Part shown: positions 48,801 through 57,252 of the stretch, one piece after another
Position numbering within the stretch: the stretch's first letter is position 1
Layout of the letters: the number at the start of each line of letters is the position of its first letter
Notes under the pieces: model-generated
Database searches by the model: none
What the model was told of the DNA's origin: nothing
Seen by the model: the letters and a program-made list of their open reading frames with translations, nothing else
Translations under genes and position numbers: made by a program
From: a virus
Taxonomy: Duplodnaviria; Caudoviricetes
Strand: one strand, 5' to 3'
Virus record (IMG/VR): IMGVR_UViG_3300023218_000062
DNA: 64,000 nt

Positions 48801-48869
48801 GCAGATGCTTCAGTGGGGAAGGTCTGCATTTAAATATACTTGCTTAACTATACAAGGAGGATATTTATG
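48801..48869 (+). promoter_or_regulatory. ROSE-like RNA thermometer
   Basis: 5' hairpin gcagat.cttc/gaag.gtctgc; 3' hairpin aaatat-a-CUUGCU pairing with AGGAG-g-atattt, bulged G opposite the SD, just before ATG 48867 of an Hsp20 gene. Confidence 0.7.
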
Positions 48870-49328
48870 AATGCAATAGCAAAAAGAAAAAGTGATCCAT
48901 TTGGAGTAACAAGCATAATGAGAAATGAGTTTTCCGATCCTTTCACAGGATGGATAGATGATTTTTTTAAGCACACGTTTGCTGAAAATACAGGAGTGTC
49001 TTATCCACCGTATGATATTATAAAAAAGGATTCCGGAAAATATGTACTAAACGTAGCGGTTGCCGGATTATCCAAAGACGATATTGAAACATATATTGAC
49101 AAAGATGGAAATCTGTGCATAAGTGGAGAAAAAACTGAAGACACTGAGGAATATATGTATCAGGGCATTGCTAAAAGAAAATTTAATTTAAAATTTAGAA
49201 TGCCACGAGATTCTGAAGTTGATAGTTGCAAACTCGAAGATGGCATGCTACAATTAGAAATCTTAGCTCGAGAAGAGGAAAATAGTAGGAAATCTATTCC
49301 TATTAATGTAAATCATCGGAGCGGCTGA
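48867..49328 (+). CDS. Small heat shock protein (Hsp20/IbpA family)
   Basis: YPPYDI, Y.L.+A+AG, Y+YQGIA.R.F...F, LEDG+L.+. Confidence 0.9.
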   Translation: MNAIAKRKSDPFGVTSIMRNEFSDPFTGWIDDFFKHTFAENTGVSYPPYDIIKKDSGKYVLNVAVAGLSKDDIETYIDKDGNLCISGEKTEDTEEYMYQGIAKRKFNLKFRMPRDSEVDSCKLEDGMLQLEILAREEENSRKSIPINVNHRSG

Positions 49329-49344
49329 AATGCCGCTCTTTTTT
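49319..49344 (+). terminator. Rho-independent terminator
   Basis: gagcggc-tgaaat-gccgctc plus T6. Confidence 0.8.
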
Positions 49345-49380
49345 ATTAAGTATGCTAAGTAATAGGCATTTAAAATTAAA

Positions 49381-49887
49381 TTGAAAAATTCCATAACCAA
49401 CGAAAATGGAGGCCCAAAATTTATAATGCTAGTAGGGTTGCCGGCATCAGGAAAAAGTACATATATTAAAAGTGTTCTGCAAAAAAATCCAGATTTCACA
49501 GTATTATCAACAGATGATTACATAGAGCATAAGGCACGAGAGCAAAAATCTACGTATAGCGAAGTGTTTCAGACGTATATTAAAGAAGCGACTAGAAATA
49601 TGTATAATGAATTACAAAGTGCATTAAAAGAGCGTAAAAATATAATATGGGACCAAACTAACCTTACTGCAAATAGTAGAAAGAAAAAGTTGGCTAACGT
49701 TCCAAATATATACTTTAAAGAAGCAATTATGTTTATAATATCAGATGATGAGCTTTTAAAAAGGGTTGCAAAAAGAAAAGAAGAAGACGGGAAGGAAATT
49801 CCTCTTCATGTATTAAGAAATATGAAGAATAATTTTGAAATACCTACAAAAGATGAAGGTTTTGATAAAATAAAAGTAATGACATAA
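49381..49887 (+). CDS. P-loop kinase (AAA_33 / polynucleotide kinase-like)
   Basis: MLVGLPASGKST, LSTDD, IIWDQTNL...R, EIP.K.EGF. Confidence 0.75.
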   Translation: MKNSITNENGGPKFIMLVGLPASGKSTYIKSVLQKNPDFTVLSTDDYIEHKAREQKSTYSEVFQTYIKEATRNMYNELQSALKERKNIIWDQTNLTANSRKKKLANVPNIYFKEAIMFIISDDELLKRVAKRKEEDGKEIPLHVLRNMKNNFEIPTKDEGFDKIKVMT

Positions 49888-49900
49888 GGAAAATTAAAAA

Positions 49901-50515
49901 ATGAATATACAAAGGGTTGAGGATTTGCCATTGATATTACAGTTAAATGCTGGTGGCGAACCGGTTAGTTGGATTAATTATGAAAAATCTGCATATTTTT
50001 ATGCTAAAAACCGTGTTTTGTGGGATTTGGGTGAGCATGAAGTAATGCTTCGTGGTGGAACTAATGCCAAAACTGGTGAGCAATCAAAACTTTTGATGCA
50101 GACTATCATAGCGGTAAAATGCAACCATAGCCCTAGAAAGTTTAGAAGTGGTGTTCCTTCATTGACAAATAAGACTCTTTTCATAAGGGATCATAATGTA
50201 TGTGGATACTGTGGAAACCAATTTGGTAAATCCGAATTAACTAGGGACCATGTTGTTCCTCGTTCAAAAGGTGGTGAAGATAGTTGGACCAATTTGGTTA
50301 CAGCTTGTAAAAAGTGTAACCATAAAAAGGCTGCTAAGACACCTGCTGACGCCAATATGCCTTTGTTGTATGTTCCATATGTTCCGAACTATAACGAACA
50401 TTTAATTTTACAGAATAGAAGAATTTTGTTTGATCAAATGGAATATTTGAAAAAGGGAATATCAAAGGAAAGCCGTATTCATCAAATGATTAAGGATAAT
50501 TATTTTTTTCATTAA
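49901..50515 (+). CDS. HNH endonuclease (McrA-like)
   Basis: CGYCG...LTRDHVVPRSKGG.DSW.NLV.AC..CN..K. Confidence 0.85.
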   Translation: MNIQRVEDLPLILQLNAGGEPVSWINYEKSAYFYAKNRVLWDLGEHEVMLRGGTNAKTGEQSKLLMQTIIAVKCNHSPRKFRSGVPSLTNKTLFIRDHNVCGYCGNQFGKSELTRDHVVPRSKGGEDSWTNLVTACKKCNHKKAAKTPADANMPLLYVPYVPNYNEHLILQNRRILFDQMEYLKKGISKESRIHQMIKDNYFFH

Positions 50516-50534
50516 AAATGATTTAATTTGATGT

Positions 50535-50572
50535 AAAACGGGGGGGGGGGGGGGCATGACCCCCCCCCGTTT
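50535..50572. terminator. Bidirectional terminator with G15/C9 stem between convergent genes
   Basis: aaaac-G15-catga-C9-gttt. Confidence 0.65.
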
Positions 50573-50574
50573 CT

Positions 50575-50865
50575 TTAGTAATAATAGTAACTTAATTGTG
50601 TATTTGGTTTCATATTCAGTTCTGCATAGCGGATACACGCTCTAAAGGCATCTCTGTCCTTGTCAGATCCAATGAGAACGATCTTATTACTTTCTTTCAG
50701 CATTGGTATGAATACATTTAAGAAGTTCCTTAGAGGAGCGTTAGGAGCGTTAAATAAAGTTCCATTTCTATACTCAATAGGACTTCGAGTATCAATAACA
50801 GAATACCCTCTTTTTTCTACTAATGATTTCAAAAAATTTATATCATTTATTTTCTTTGCGAACAT
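50575..50865 (-). CDS. Rhodanese-like domain protein, no active-site Cys visible
   Basis: VIDTRSPIEY..G.+.NA.N.PL; active-site loop reads LIGSDKDRD. Confidence 0.55.
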   Translation of the reverse strand: MFAKKINDINFLKSLVEKRGYSVIDTRSPIEYRNGTLFNAPNAPLRNFLNVFIPMLKESNKIVLIGSDKDRDAFRACIRYAELNMKPNTQLSYYYY

Positions 50866-50936
50866 TTTAATTCTCCTTGTAAAGTGTCAACTTAAACACT
50901 ATAACACACTAACTTAATATTTGCAATATTGCATTT

Positions 50937-51518
50937 TTAGCTTTTTCCCTCAAGGATTTCTCGTTCTCTATCAGTGTTTCTATTCTTGGCGGATTCTTGG
51001 CTAAATTTATCACCGAAACGAGCTTTAAGCTTGTTAATAATTCTTTCCCACTGTTCATCCCATTCCACACCTAGTGCATCTGTCCCAATAGCCTTATACC
51101 AGTCGCCGTCAAACATTTCTTCGGCTACATTCACTACATCAAACTCTCCAGTATCAAGAGCATGCTTGAGGGCTTCACCTAGTTCACCAGCTTCTGTCAT
51201 AATACCAATAATAGCATGACATATTCTGGTATCCAGATAATCAACAGTTTCTTCCTGTGTAATCCCTTCCATGTTTTGTATTTGAATAATTTGATGTAAA
51301 TTACCTGACAATTCATTAATGTTTTGGAGTCTCGCAGGTAATTCATTTTTTAATTTTTCCGAGTCTCCATAGAAGGCTTGCTTCTTAATGGCATCTAACA
51401 TTTCAGAAACTTCGATAAACATCAAAGTCACTATACCTAGATAGTGACGGTTGATGGCTAGGGAATCTACAAGCGATTCAGTTTTCTTAGCATTTTCAAT
51501 AAATTCTTTATGATCCAT
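50937..51518 (-). CDS. MazG-like nucleotide pyrophosphohydrolase
   Basis: HA..G+.TEAGEL.+A.K, EE+.D..WY, N.+KL..RF.DKFS. Confidence 0.75.
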   Translation of the reverse strand: MDHKEFIENAKKTESLVDSLAINRHYLGIVTLMFIEVSEMLDAIKKQAFYGDSEKLKNELPARLQNINELSGNLHQIIQIQNMEGITQEETVDYLDTRICHAIIGIMTEAGELGEALKHALDTGEFDVVNVAEEMFDGDWYKAIGTDALGVEWDEQWERIINKLKARFGDKFSQESAKNRNTDREREILEGKS

Positions 51519-51585
51519 AATAAAAAATCACCTTTTTAGCTTGATTAAATATGAATCTATATTATTAATCCTTGAAGCTGTTAAG

Positions 51586-52452
51586 TCAACTGTCTTCTAC
51601 ACATTTAATCCATGATTTTACAAAATCACTTCTGACTATATCATGTTTGTTGAAATGAATTACATCAAAAAATTTATTATTTTTTAATACTTCAGATAGT
51701 TTATCTAGATATGAAGAATCATGCTTTGATTTATATAAGTCACTCTGATTAGAGTCACCTGCAATAATAATTTTCGAATTGTGTCCTATTCTCGTCATAA
51801 TCGTGTTTATTTCATGGAAATTTAAATTCTGTGCTTCATCTACCACTACCACAGTATCATCCCAAGTCTGACCTCGTAGAAAACTTGTTGGCATGAAATT
51901 TACTTTACCAAATTGTTTAAATTTGTTATATGACGTAGGCATATCGAATAAAAATGAAAATAAATCTCTATAGGGTGCTTCATATATCTCGATTTTTTCT
52001 TCTAATCCGCCGGGAAGATACCCCACCTCACGCGTTGGTACTACACTTCTAACTATGTTTATGTTTTTATAGGGTTGCTGTTTATCTAACATATCATTTA
52101 GGGCTAAGTATAGAGCAAGCATCGTCTTACCGGTACCTGAGCTACCGGTGGCTAAAATTGAAGAACCAGAAAAATATGATTTCATCATTTGCTCTTGGGA
52201 TGTCGTGAGCGGTTTAATGGCTTTAAGATCATGTTTTGATAAACTTTTATTTTTATGATGTTCCATTCTAGCTACATTATCTTCGTGTATTTCTTTCCTT
52301 TTAGCTTTTTTCATTATTGTTTTTTCTCCTTTGTGGGTTAATAAAAATGAAATATTATGGGGGGATGTAGATGGAGAGGGAATTTGCGAACTATAATCTG
52401 AAACTTTAGTATTAGCGCTAAAAAACATATAGCTGCGCATTGTCTTCATCAT
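51586..52452 (-). CDS. phoH: PhoH-family ATPase (start may be an internal ATG)
   Basis: KPLT..Q, GSSGTGKT, RS.VP...+G+LPG, FLRG.T, +DEAQN, TR+G...K++..GD..Q. Confidence 0.9.
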   Translation of the reverse strand: MMKTMRSYMFFSANTKVSDYSSQIPSPSTSPHNISFLLTHKGEKTIMKKAKRKEIHEDNVARMEHHKNKSLSKHDLKAIKPLTTSQEQMMKSYFSGSSILATGSSGTGKTMLALYLALNDMLDKQQPYKNINIVRSVVPTREVGYLPGGLEEKIEIYEAPYRDLFSFLFDMPTSYNKFKQFGKVNFMPTSFLRGQTWDDTVVVVDEAQNLNFHEINTIMTRIGHNSKIIIAGDSNQSDLYKSKHDSSYLDKLSEVLKNNKFFDVIHFNKHDIVRSDFVKSWIKCVEDS

Positions 52453-52491
52453 AATTTATTTATACATACTTCTAGGGATAACGGAAAATGT

Positions 52492-52689
52492 ATGTCAGAA
52501 CAAATAGATGCTTGCGTTTATAATGGTATAGAGTATATAATAACAGGAAGATCAGCCGTAAAGAAACTTGGTAATAAAACTCTAGTAGAATTGAGACCAA
52601 AATTTTCAGGAGGATTTAAGGATGAACTCAACATATGGGTTTCTCCTTCGGAATTATATCAAATACAAGAGGAAATAGAGAATGAATAA
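52492..52689 (+). CDS. Hypothetical protein
   Basis: 65-aa ORF coupled to DHFR. Confidence 0.5.
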   Translation: MSEQIDACVYNGIEYIITGRSAVKKLGNKTLVELRPKFSGGFKDELNIWVSPSELYQIQEEIENE

Positions 52690-53236
52690 CACACATGTTA
52701 GTGCAATAGTTGCAATGGATATTCATAATGGAATAGGGAAAGATGGGAGGATTCCGTGGTATATTCCCGAAGATTTTAAACATTTTAAAGAATATACGAA
52801 AAGAAAAACGTGTCTTATGGGAAGGCGCACATATGAAGATATACTTTCATATAAAAAGAATTCTGAAGGTGATTTTCTTCCACGGCGTGATTGTGTAGTC
52901 TTAACTACAGACCCTACCACATATACATTTTTTGATAAAAATACATATAGTTCCATAATTTTCGTTAATAAAAATATGGATGGAATACGTGAAGATATAC
53001 AACAGGGGTTGATGGGTGATTCAGTATGTATAATTGGTGGAGCATCTTTATTTGAGGAATTCGTAGATATTTATGATGAGATATCAATTACAGAAATATC
53101 TAAAGATTTTGAATGTGACACGTTCGTAAATCGAGAAGAACTTGTTTCTAATATGACAACATATCAATATGAGCCGTTAGATACAAACAAAGATTATGAA
53201 GTTAGTTTATTTTTATACAGAAAAGGGCTATTTTGA
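52682..53236 (+). CDS. folA: Dihydrofolate reductase
   Basis: IVA.D..NGIG..G.IPW..PED..HFK, MGR.T+E, LP.R..+VL, IIGG..+, CD.F. Confidence 0.9.
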   Translation: MNNTHVSAIVAMDIHNGIGKDGRIPWYIPEDFKHFKEYTKRKTCLMGRRTYEDILSYKKNSEGDFLPRRDCVVLTTDPTTYTFFDKNTYSSIIFVNKNMDGIREDIQQGLMGDSVCIIGGASLFEEFVDIYDEISITEISKDFECDTFVNREELVSNMTTYQYEPLDTNKDYEVSLFLYRKGLF

Positions 53237-53502
53237 AATCAAAAACAATATATGATAGTATGAAAAAATTTGCAAGAAAACTTGGTGATGAAAATCTAAC
53301 GGTTTCTCTTGCTATATGTGAAAATGAAGCATATATATCAGTTTCTTGCCATAGCTCTCGGAAACTTAAATTCGACCACGGTGGGCTGCAGAGAACCGCA
53401 AAAATAGATTTAGAGGATATGGGCAGAAAAATTAATGATATACTGGGCGAATTAATCGATAAATACAAAAAACACTTAGTACCGAGAGACGAGGAAAAAT
53501 AG
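53233..53502 (+). CDS. Hypothetical protein
   Basis: 89 aa, TTGA overlap. Confidence 0.5.
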   Translation: MKSKTIYDSMKKFARKLGDENLTVSLAICENEAYISVSCHSSRKLKFDHGGLQRTAKIDLEDMGRKINDILGELIDKYKKHLVPRDEEK

Positions 53503-54048
53503 ATGCTTCTTAAAGAATTGAAGAGATACCCTATGCGCCCAGTTGATGATGAAAATACTGAATATGGTGTCAATGCTGGAAAATATGTTGGTGTCAGATT
53601 TACACCAGAGACTAAACAAACTCTTTCAGATATAATTCATAAAGAAAAGGTACCAAATTCCATAGATATTGAAAAACTTCATAGTACAGTGGCATACAGT
53701 AAAGGAAGTAACATTCCGGGATATGAAGTTTCTGGAGAGTTTGAAGAGCCAATACGAGGGGAAATAAAAGAGTTTGATATATTTCCTAGTCAAGATGGTT
53801 GTAATTGTTTGGTAGCTAAACTGAATTGCCCAGAACTTGATGACTTACATAATCAAACTATGGAACATGGTGCAACATATGATTATGACGAATACATTCC
53901 CCATGTGACTCTTTCATATGATGCAGGAGACTGGTCTAAAGATGATTTAAATAAATTGACTAAAAAGTACAAGGGCACTAAAATCGACATCAGTGAGGAA
54001 TATGAAACTGAAATAGAAGAGGATTTTGGTAAGAGTTCTTCTGTTTAA
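53503..54048 (+). CDS. acb1: Anti-CBASS 2H phosphodiesterase Acb1 (T4 gp57B-like)
   Basis: YV.+.F...T, VPN.+..EKLHSTV.YS, GAT.DYD.Y.PH+TLSY match T4 57B/Acb1 HxT/HxS motifs. Confidence 0.8.
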   Translation: MLLKELKRYPMRPVDDENTEYGVNAGKYVGVRFTPETKQTLSDIIHKEKVPNSIDIEKLHSTVAYSKGSNIPGYEVSGEFEEPIRGEIKEFDIFPSQDGCNCLVAKLNCPELDDLHNQTMEHGATYDYDEYIPHVTLSYDAGDWSKDDLNKLTKKYKGTKIDISEEYETEIEEDFGKSSSV

Positions 54049-54054
54049 AGGTTC

Positions 54055-54083
54055 TTGACATTGTGAAATATGTTATGTACAAT
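54055..54083 (+). promoter_or_regulatory. sigma70-like promoter for ligase
   Basis: TTGACA-N17-TACAAT. Confidence 0.7.
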
Positions 54084-54111
54084 TATCTCTATTAAATATT
54101 GGAGAACAATT

Positions 54112-55977
54112 GTGAATACAGATTCTGAGAAAATTCAAGATCTTAAAAAATTTGATGAAGCATATTTTCAGGGAAGCCCGATTATCCCTGACGTACAATA
54201 CGATAAATTAAAAAAAGAATTACATAAAAAATATCCAAATAACCCATACTTTTTAGAGGTCGGGGCTGCGCCTAAAGGGGGGAAAATCGATCTTCCATAT
54301 CCTATGGGAAGTTTAAATCAAGTTTATGAAAACGAAGTACAGAAATGGATAGAAAAATACAATTTAGAATCTGAAAGAATTGTAATAACTGAAAAACTTG
54401 ATGGTGTAAGTGTATTATTGATTTACAATGACGGTAAATTTAAACATGCTTATACTAGAGGGGACGGCAGAAAGGGTGAAGATATTACACACCATATCAA
54501 AAACGTGCCTTCAGTTGTGCAAGACGTATCTTCTCATGATGTAGATTATCTTGCGGTAAGAGCAGAAGTCATCATGAAGAATAATACTTTCGTAAAATAT
54601 TCTAGAAAGTACAAGAACCCTAGAAATACTGTTGCAGGAACGTTGAACAGGAAAAAGTCTGACACCAAATTATTGAAAGATGTAGATGTGGTAGCGTATG
54701 AAATTATTGACAGTACCGGATTGGATTCTGACAACAAACTGGACAATTTAAAATCATTGAAGAGTATGGGATTTTTGGTAGCCCGTCGCCAAATTGCATC
54801 TGGTAAAAATATTTCTGATGAAATGTTATCTGATACTCTAAAAGATTTTAAAAGTAGTGGAGACTATGAATTAGATGGAGTAGTAGTAACAGTAAATGAT
54901 TATTCTAATTTTGAAAACGTTTCAAAATCATCATCATTGAATCCTGAGCATTCTGTTAAATTTAAAGTTTTGGATGGGTATTCTGTAATGGAAGCTGATG
55001 TAGTTGATGTTCACTGGAAAGTATCCAAGACTGGATTTTATAAACCTAGGGTGGAAATTAGACCGATAGAACTTATGGGTTCTACTATAACATATGCAAC
55101 AGGGTTTAATGCTAAGTATATCCATGAAAATAGAATTGGACCGGGTGCAAAGATTTTACTAACCAAGGCAGGAAGTGTAATACCATATATAATTTCGGTA
55201 TTGAAAGATAGTAATCCTAAAATGCCAGATGCCGAGTGGGATTGGGATGAAAATAAAGTAGAAGCTGTTATTAAAGGAAGTTATGAACAAACATTAATGC
55301 AAGTAGTTCATTTTTTTAAGACTCTTGGTGTAGAGAATGCTCAAGAAACCTCCATTAAGAAAGTTGTAGAAGATCAAAGTCTAGAAGGAAAGTCATTCTC
55401 TACTATTGTTTATGAACTGATATGCATGTTTGACATAGAATGGAAACGGGTCTTGGGAGAAAACGGAATAAAGGTTTATGATAGTTTACATAAAAAACTG
55501 TCAACATTAAAAGAAGAAACTCTATTAGGTGCAACACCCTTTTTCGGGAGGGGGTTTGGTGTAAGAAAGTCTAAGAAGATATTAGAACAAATGTCGTTTG
55601 ATGAATTCAAGAATGCCACACTCAGCCAAATTGAAAACATAGGGGGATTTGATAAAACATCAGCAGACATTTATAATGGTATAAAAGACTTTAATAATTT
55701 CTTTAAAAGTATAGAAGAAGTTATAACTTTTGAGGAAAAAGATCAAGTTGATAATACATTAGAAGGCGAAAAAATCGTTATGACAGGATTCCGTGATGCA
55801 GATTTACAAGAAAAAATAGAATCTAGGGGTGGAAAAGTATCATCTGGAGTATCTAAAAAAACGACAATGGTTATTGCCGCAGACGTTGGTTCTACTAGTG
55901 GAAAAGTAAAAAAGGCTAAAGAGCTAGGAGTCCCGGTAATGTCACAAAGAGAGTTTAGTTTCCAATATATAAAATAA
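54112..55977 (+). CDS. ligA: NAD-dependent DNA ligase
   Basis: Y..G.P++.D..YD, EKLDG, TRGDG..GED+T, NPRN.+AG, ELDG+V, C-terminal BRCT (TGFR..L...IE..GG.V.S.VSKKT); GTG start. Confidence 0.92.
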   Translation: MNTDSEKIQDLKKFDEAYFQGSPIIPDVQYDKLKKELHKKYPNNPYFLEVGAAPKGGKIDLPYPMGSLNQVYENEVQKWIEKYNLESERIVITEKLDGVSVLLIYNDGKFKHAYTRGDGRKGEDITHHIKNVPSVVQDVSSHDVDYLAVRAEVIMKNNTFVKYSRKYKNPRNTVAGTLNRKKSDTKLLKDVDVVAYEIIDSTGLDSDNKLDNLKSLKSMGFLVARRQIASGKNISDEMLSDTLKDFKSSGDYELDGVVVTVNDYSNFENVSKSSSLNPEHSVKFKVLDGYSVMEADVVDVHWKVSKTGFYKPRVEIRPIELMGSTITYATGFNAKYIHENRIGPGAKILLTKAGSVIPYIISVLKDSNPKMPDAEWDWDENKVEAVIKGSYEQTLMQVVHFFKTLGVENAQETSIKKVVEDQSLEGKSFSTIVYELICMFDIEWKRVLGENGIKVYDSLHKKLSTLKEETLLGATPFFGRGFGVRKSKKILEQMSFDEFKNATLSQIENIGGFDKTSADIYNGIKDFNNFFKSIEEVITFEEKDQVDNTLEGEKIVMTGFRDADLQEKIESRGGKVSSGVSKKTTMVIAADVGSTSGKVKKAKELGVPVMSQREFSFQYIK

Positions 55978-56009
55978 TAAATACATCCACAGTTAAGAAT
56001 GGAGAGCTT

Positions 56010-56699
56010 GTGGAAACAGAAAATGCGATACTCGCCAGTTTAGGGACAGAAACAAATAAGATAAAACACTATACACAAATTGTAAATACTAATATTCATC
56101 ACTTCTATTTTTATGGTGAAATCGAAGATAATATGGATCGCTATTCAGATTTTATTAATATCGTTAAAACTTCATCTGAAAATGATGTAATATACATTTA
56201 TGTAAATAGTGAGGGTGGTAGTATGAGGATGGCTTTACAAATAGTTAATTCTATGCGAGCATCAAATGCTAGAATAATTACTTGTTTAGATGGGGAGGCC
56301 ATGTCAGCCGCAACCATGATATTTCTTGCTGGTGAAGAGTATGTAGTAAACCCAAATTGTACTTTTATGATACACACATATAGCGGTGGAATGCGAGGAA
56401 AAGGAAATGAACTCTTATCACAGTTAGAACATGTTCATGCAAATGTGAAGAAGGTATTAAGAAATTTTTATTCTAAAATTTTAACTGATGATGAACTTGA
56501 ACAGGTTTCTAATGGCCGAGATATATGGATGGATTCTGATGAATTGATAGAAAGATTAGACAAAGGTAATGGTAACGTAAATTCAGATGAACTTGAACTA
56601 AACTTTCCTGTCGATAATACTGTATCTGATCCGGTAGAATCTAAAAAGAAAACTGCTAAAAAAAACTACACTAAAAAGAAAACTACTAAAAAGGATTGA
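56010..56699 (+). CDS. clpP: ClpP-like protease
   Basis: YVNS.GG, catalytic Ser in AMSAATMI, His in FMIH. Confidence 0.8.
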   Translation: METENAILASLGTETNKIKHYTQIVNTNIHHFYFYGEIEDNMDRYSDFINIVKTSSENDVIYIYVNSEGGSMRMALQIVNSMRASNARIITCLDGEAMSAATMIFLAGEEYVVNPNCTFMIHTYSGGMRGKGNELLSQLEHVHANVKKVLRNFYSKILTDDELEQVSNGRDIWMDSDELIERLDKGNGNVNSDELELNFPVDNTVSDPVESKKKTAKKNYTKKKTTKKD

Positions 56700-56724
56700 C
56701 AAAATTCCTAAATAGTGACATAAT
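56696..56724 (+). promoter_or_regulatory. sigma70-like promoter for tmRNA locus
   Basis: TTGACA (56696-56701)-N17-CATAAT (56719-56724). Confidence 0.7.
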
Positions 56725-56730
56725 GTGAAA

Positions 56731-57250
56731 GCGTTGCAGGGTGAGGTTAAAACCCTCTCCAAAGCCACAATACATTAGAAGTAACCTAGGCTCGGCTTCT
56801 GTGGCTTTCTGAGGCTTATAGGATGAATCAGAAGTGGCTTTTTGGGGAGAGTAATAAAATTGTTAAGAAATATTTAAAGAATTCGATGATATCGATTGTA
56901 AGCATGACGGACGGGAGTTCGAATCTCCCCTACTCCACCAAAAGTGGATCAATAAGTGCCAGTCGAGGGAAGATCAGGTATCTTTCCAGTATAGCAAACA
57001 AAAAAGCCTAAGACGAGAGAGGTAATGCGTCAGCAATCCCGGAAACGGGGCAATGATTGGTCCACTTCTGATGGGGTAGTACTTGGTTTCGACGGTGTGA
57101 CTGAAGATCGATGGAGAATCGTCAAGAAAGACGCAAAAATCACTTAAAGTAAGTGCAAATGATGATATATTTGCACCGGAAGCACTAGCTGCGTAAGTCC
57201 GGTTGAGGTTTGGGTGGCTCCCCCTCATTACCCAATGAGCCGCCATTTAA
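56731..57250 (+). ncRNA. ssrA: Circularly permuted (two-piece) tmRNA; acceptor piece ends 56940, coding piece starts 57073; tag ANDDIFAPEALAA (57155-57196)
   Basis: T-arm gggag-ttcgaat-ctccc and CTACTCC-A-CCA (to 56940) precede GGGGTAG...TTCGAC (57073); 7-bp acceptor stem with G3:U70; gatcgat/atcgatt P2 helix; tag frame ends LAA-stop; outer ends approximate. Confidence 0.92.
56941..57072 (+). other. 132-nt structured intervening segment of permuted tmRNA
   Basis: Closing helix aagtggatcaat/attggtccactt; hairpins gggaagat/atctttcc, gacg/cgtc, cccg-gaaa-cggg. Confidence 0.75.
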
Positions 57251-57252
57251 GG

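Noticed and set aside
50540-50554. G15 run as G-quadruplex or phase-variation switch
   Set aside because: It forms the stem of a terminator with C9 between convergent genes; run length is probably unreliable
56905-56940. Stand-alone tRNA-Ala gene
   Set aside because: No D-arm or anticodon arm upstream; the matching 5' acceptor strand is downstream at 57073 and is followed by a tag frame, so it is tmRNA
56990-57050. c-di-GMP (GEMM) riboswitch or HDV-like ribozyme in the tmRNA intervening segment
   Set aside because: Only short partial resemblance (gcaaa, gcctaa); required helices and pseudoknots could not be built by eye, so the segment is left unclassified
56823-57246. Small ORFs 56823-57011 (+) and 56974-57246 (-)
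   Set aside because: They overlap the tmRNA structural elements and have no protein-like features
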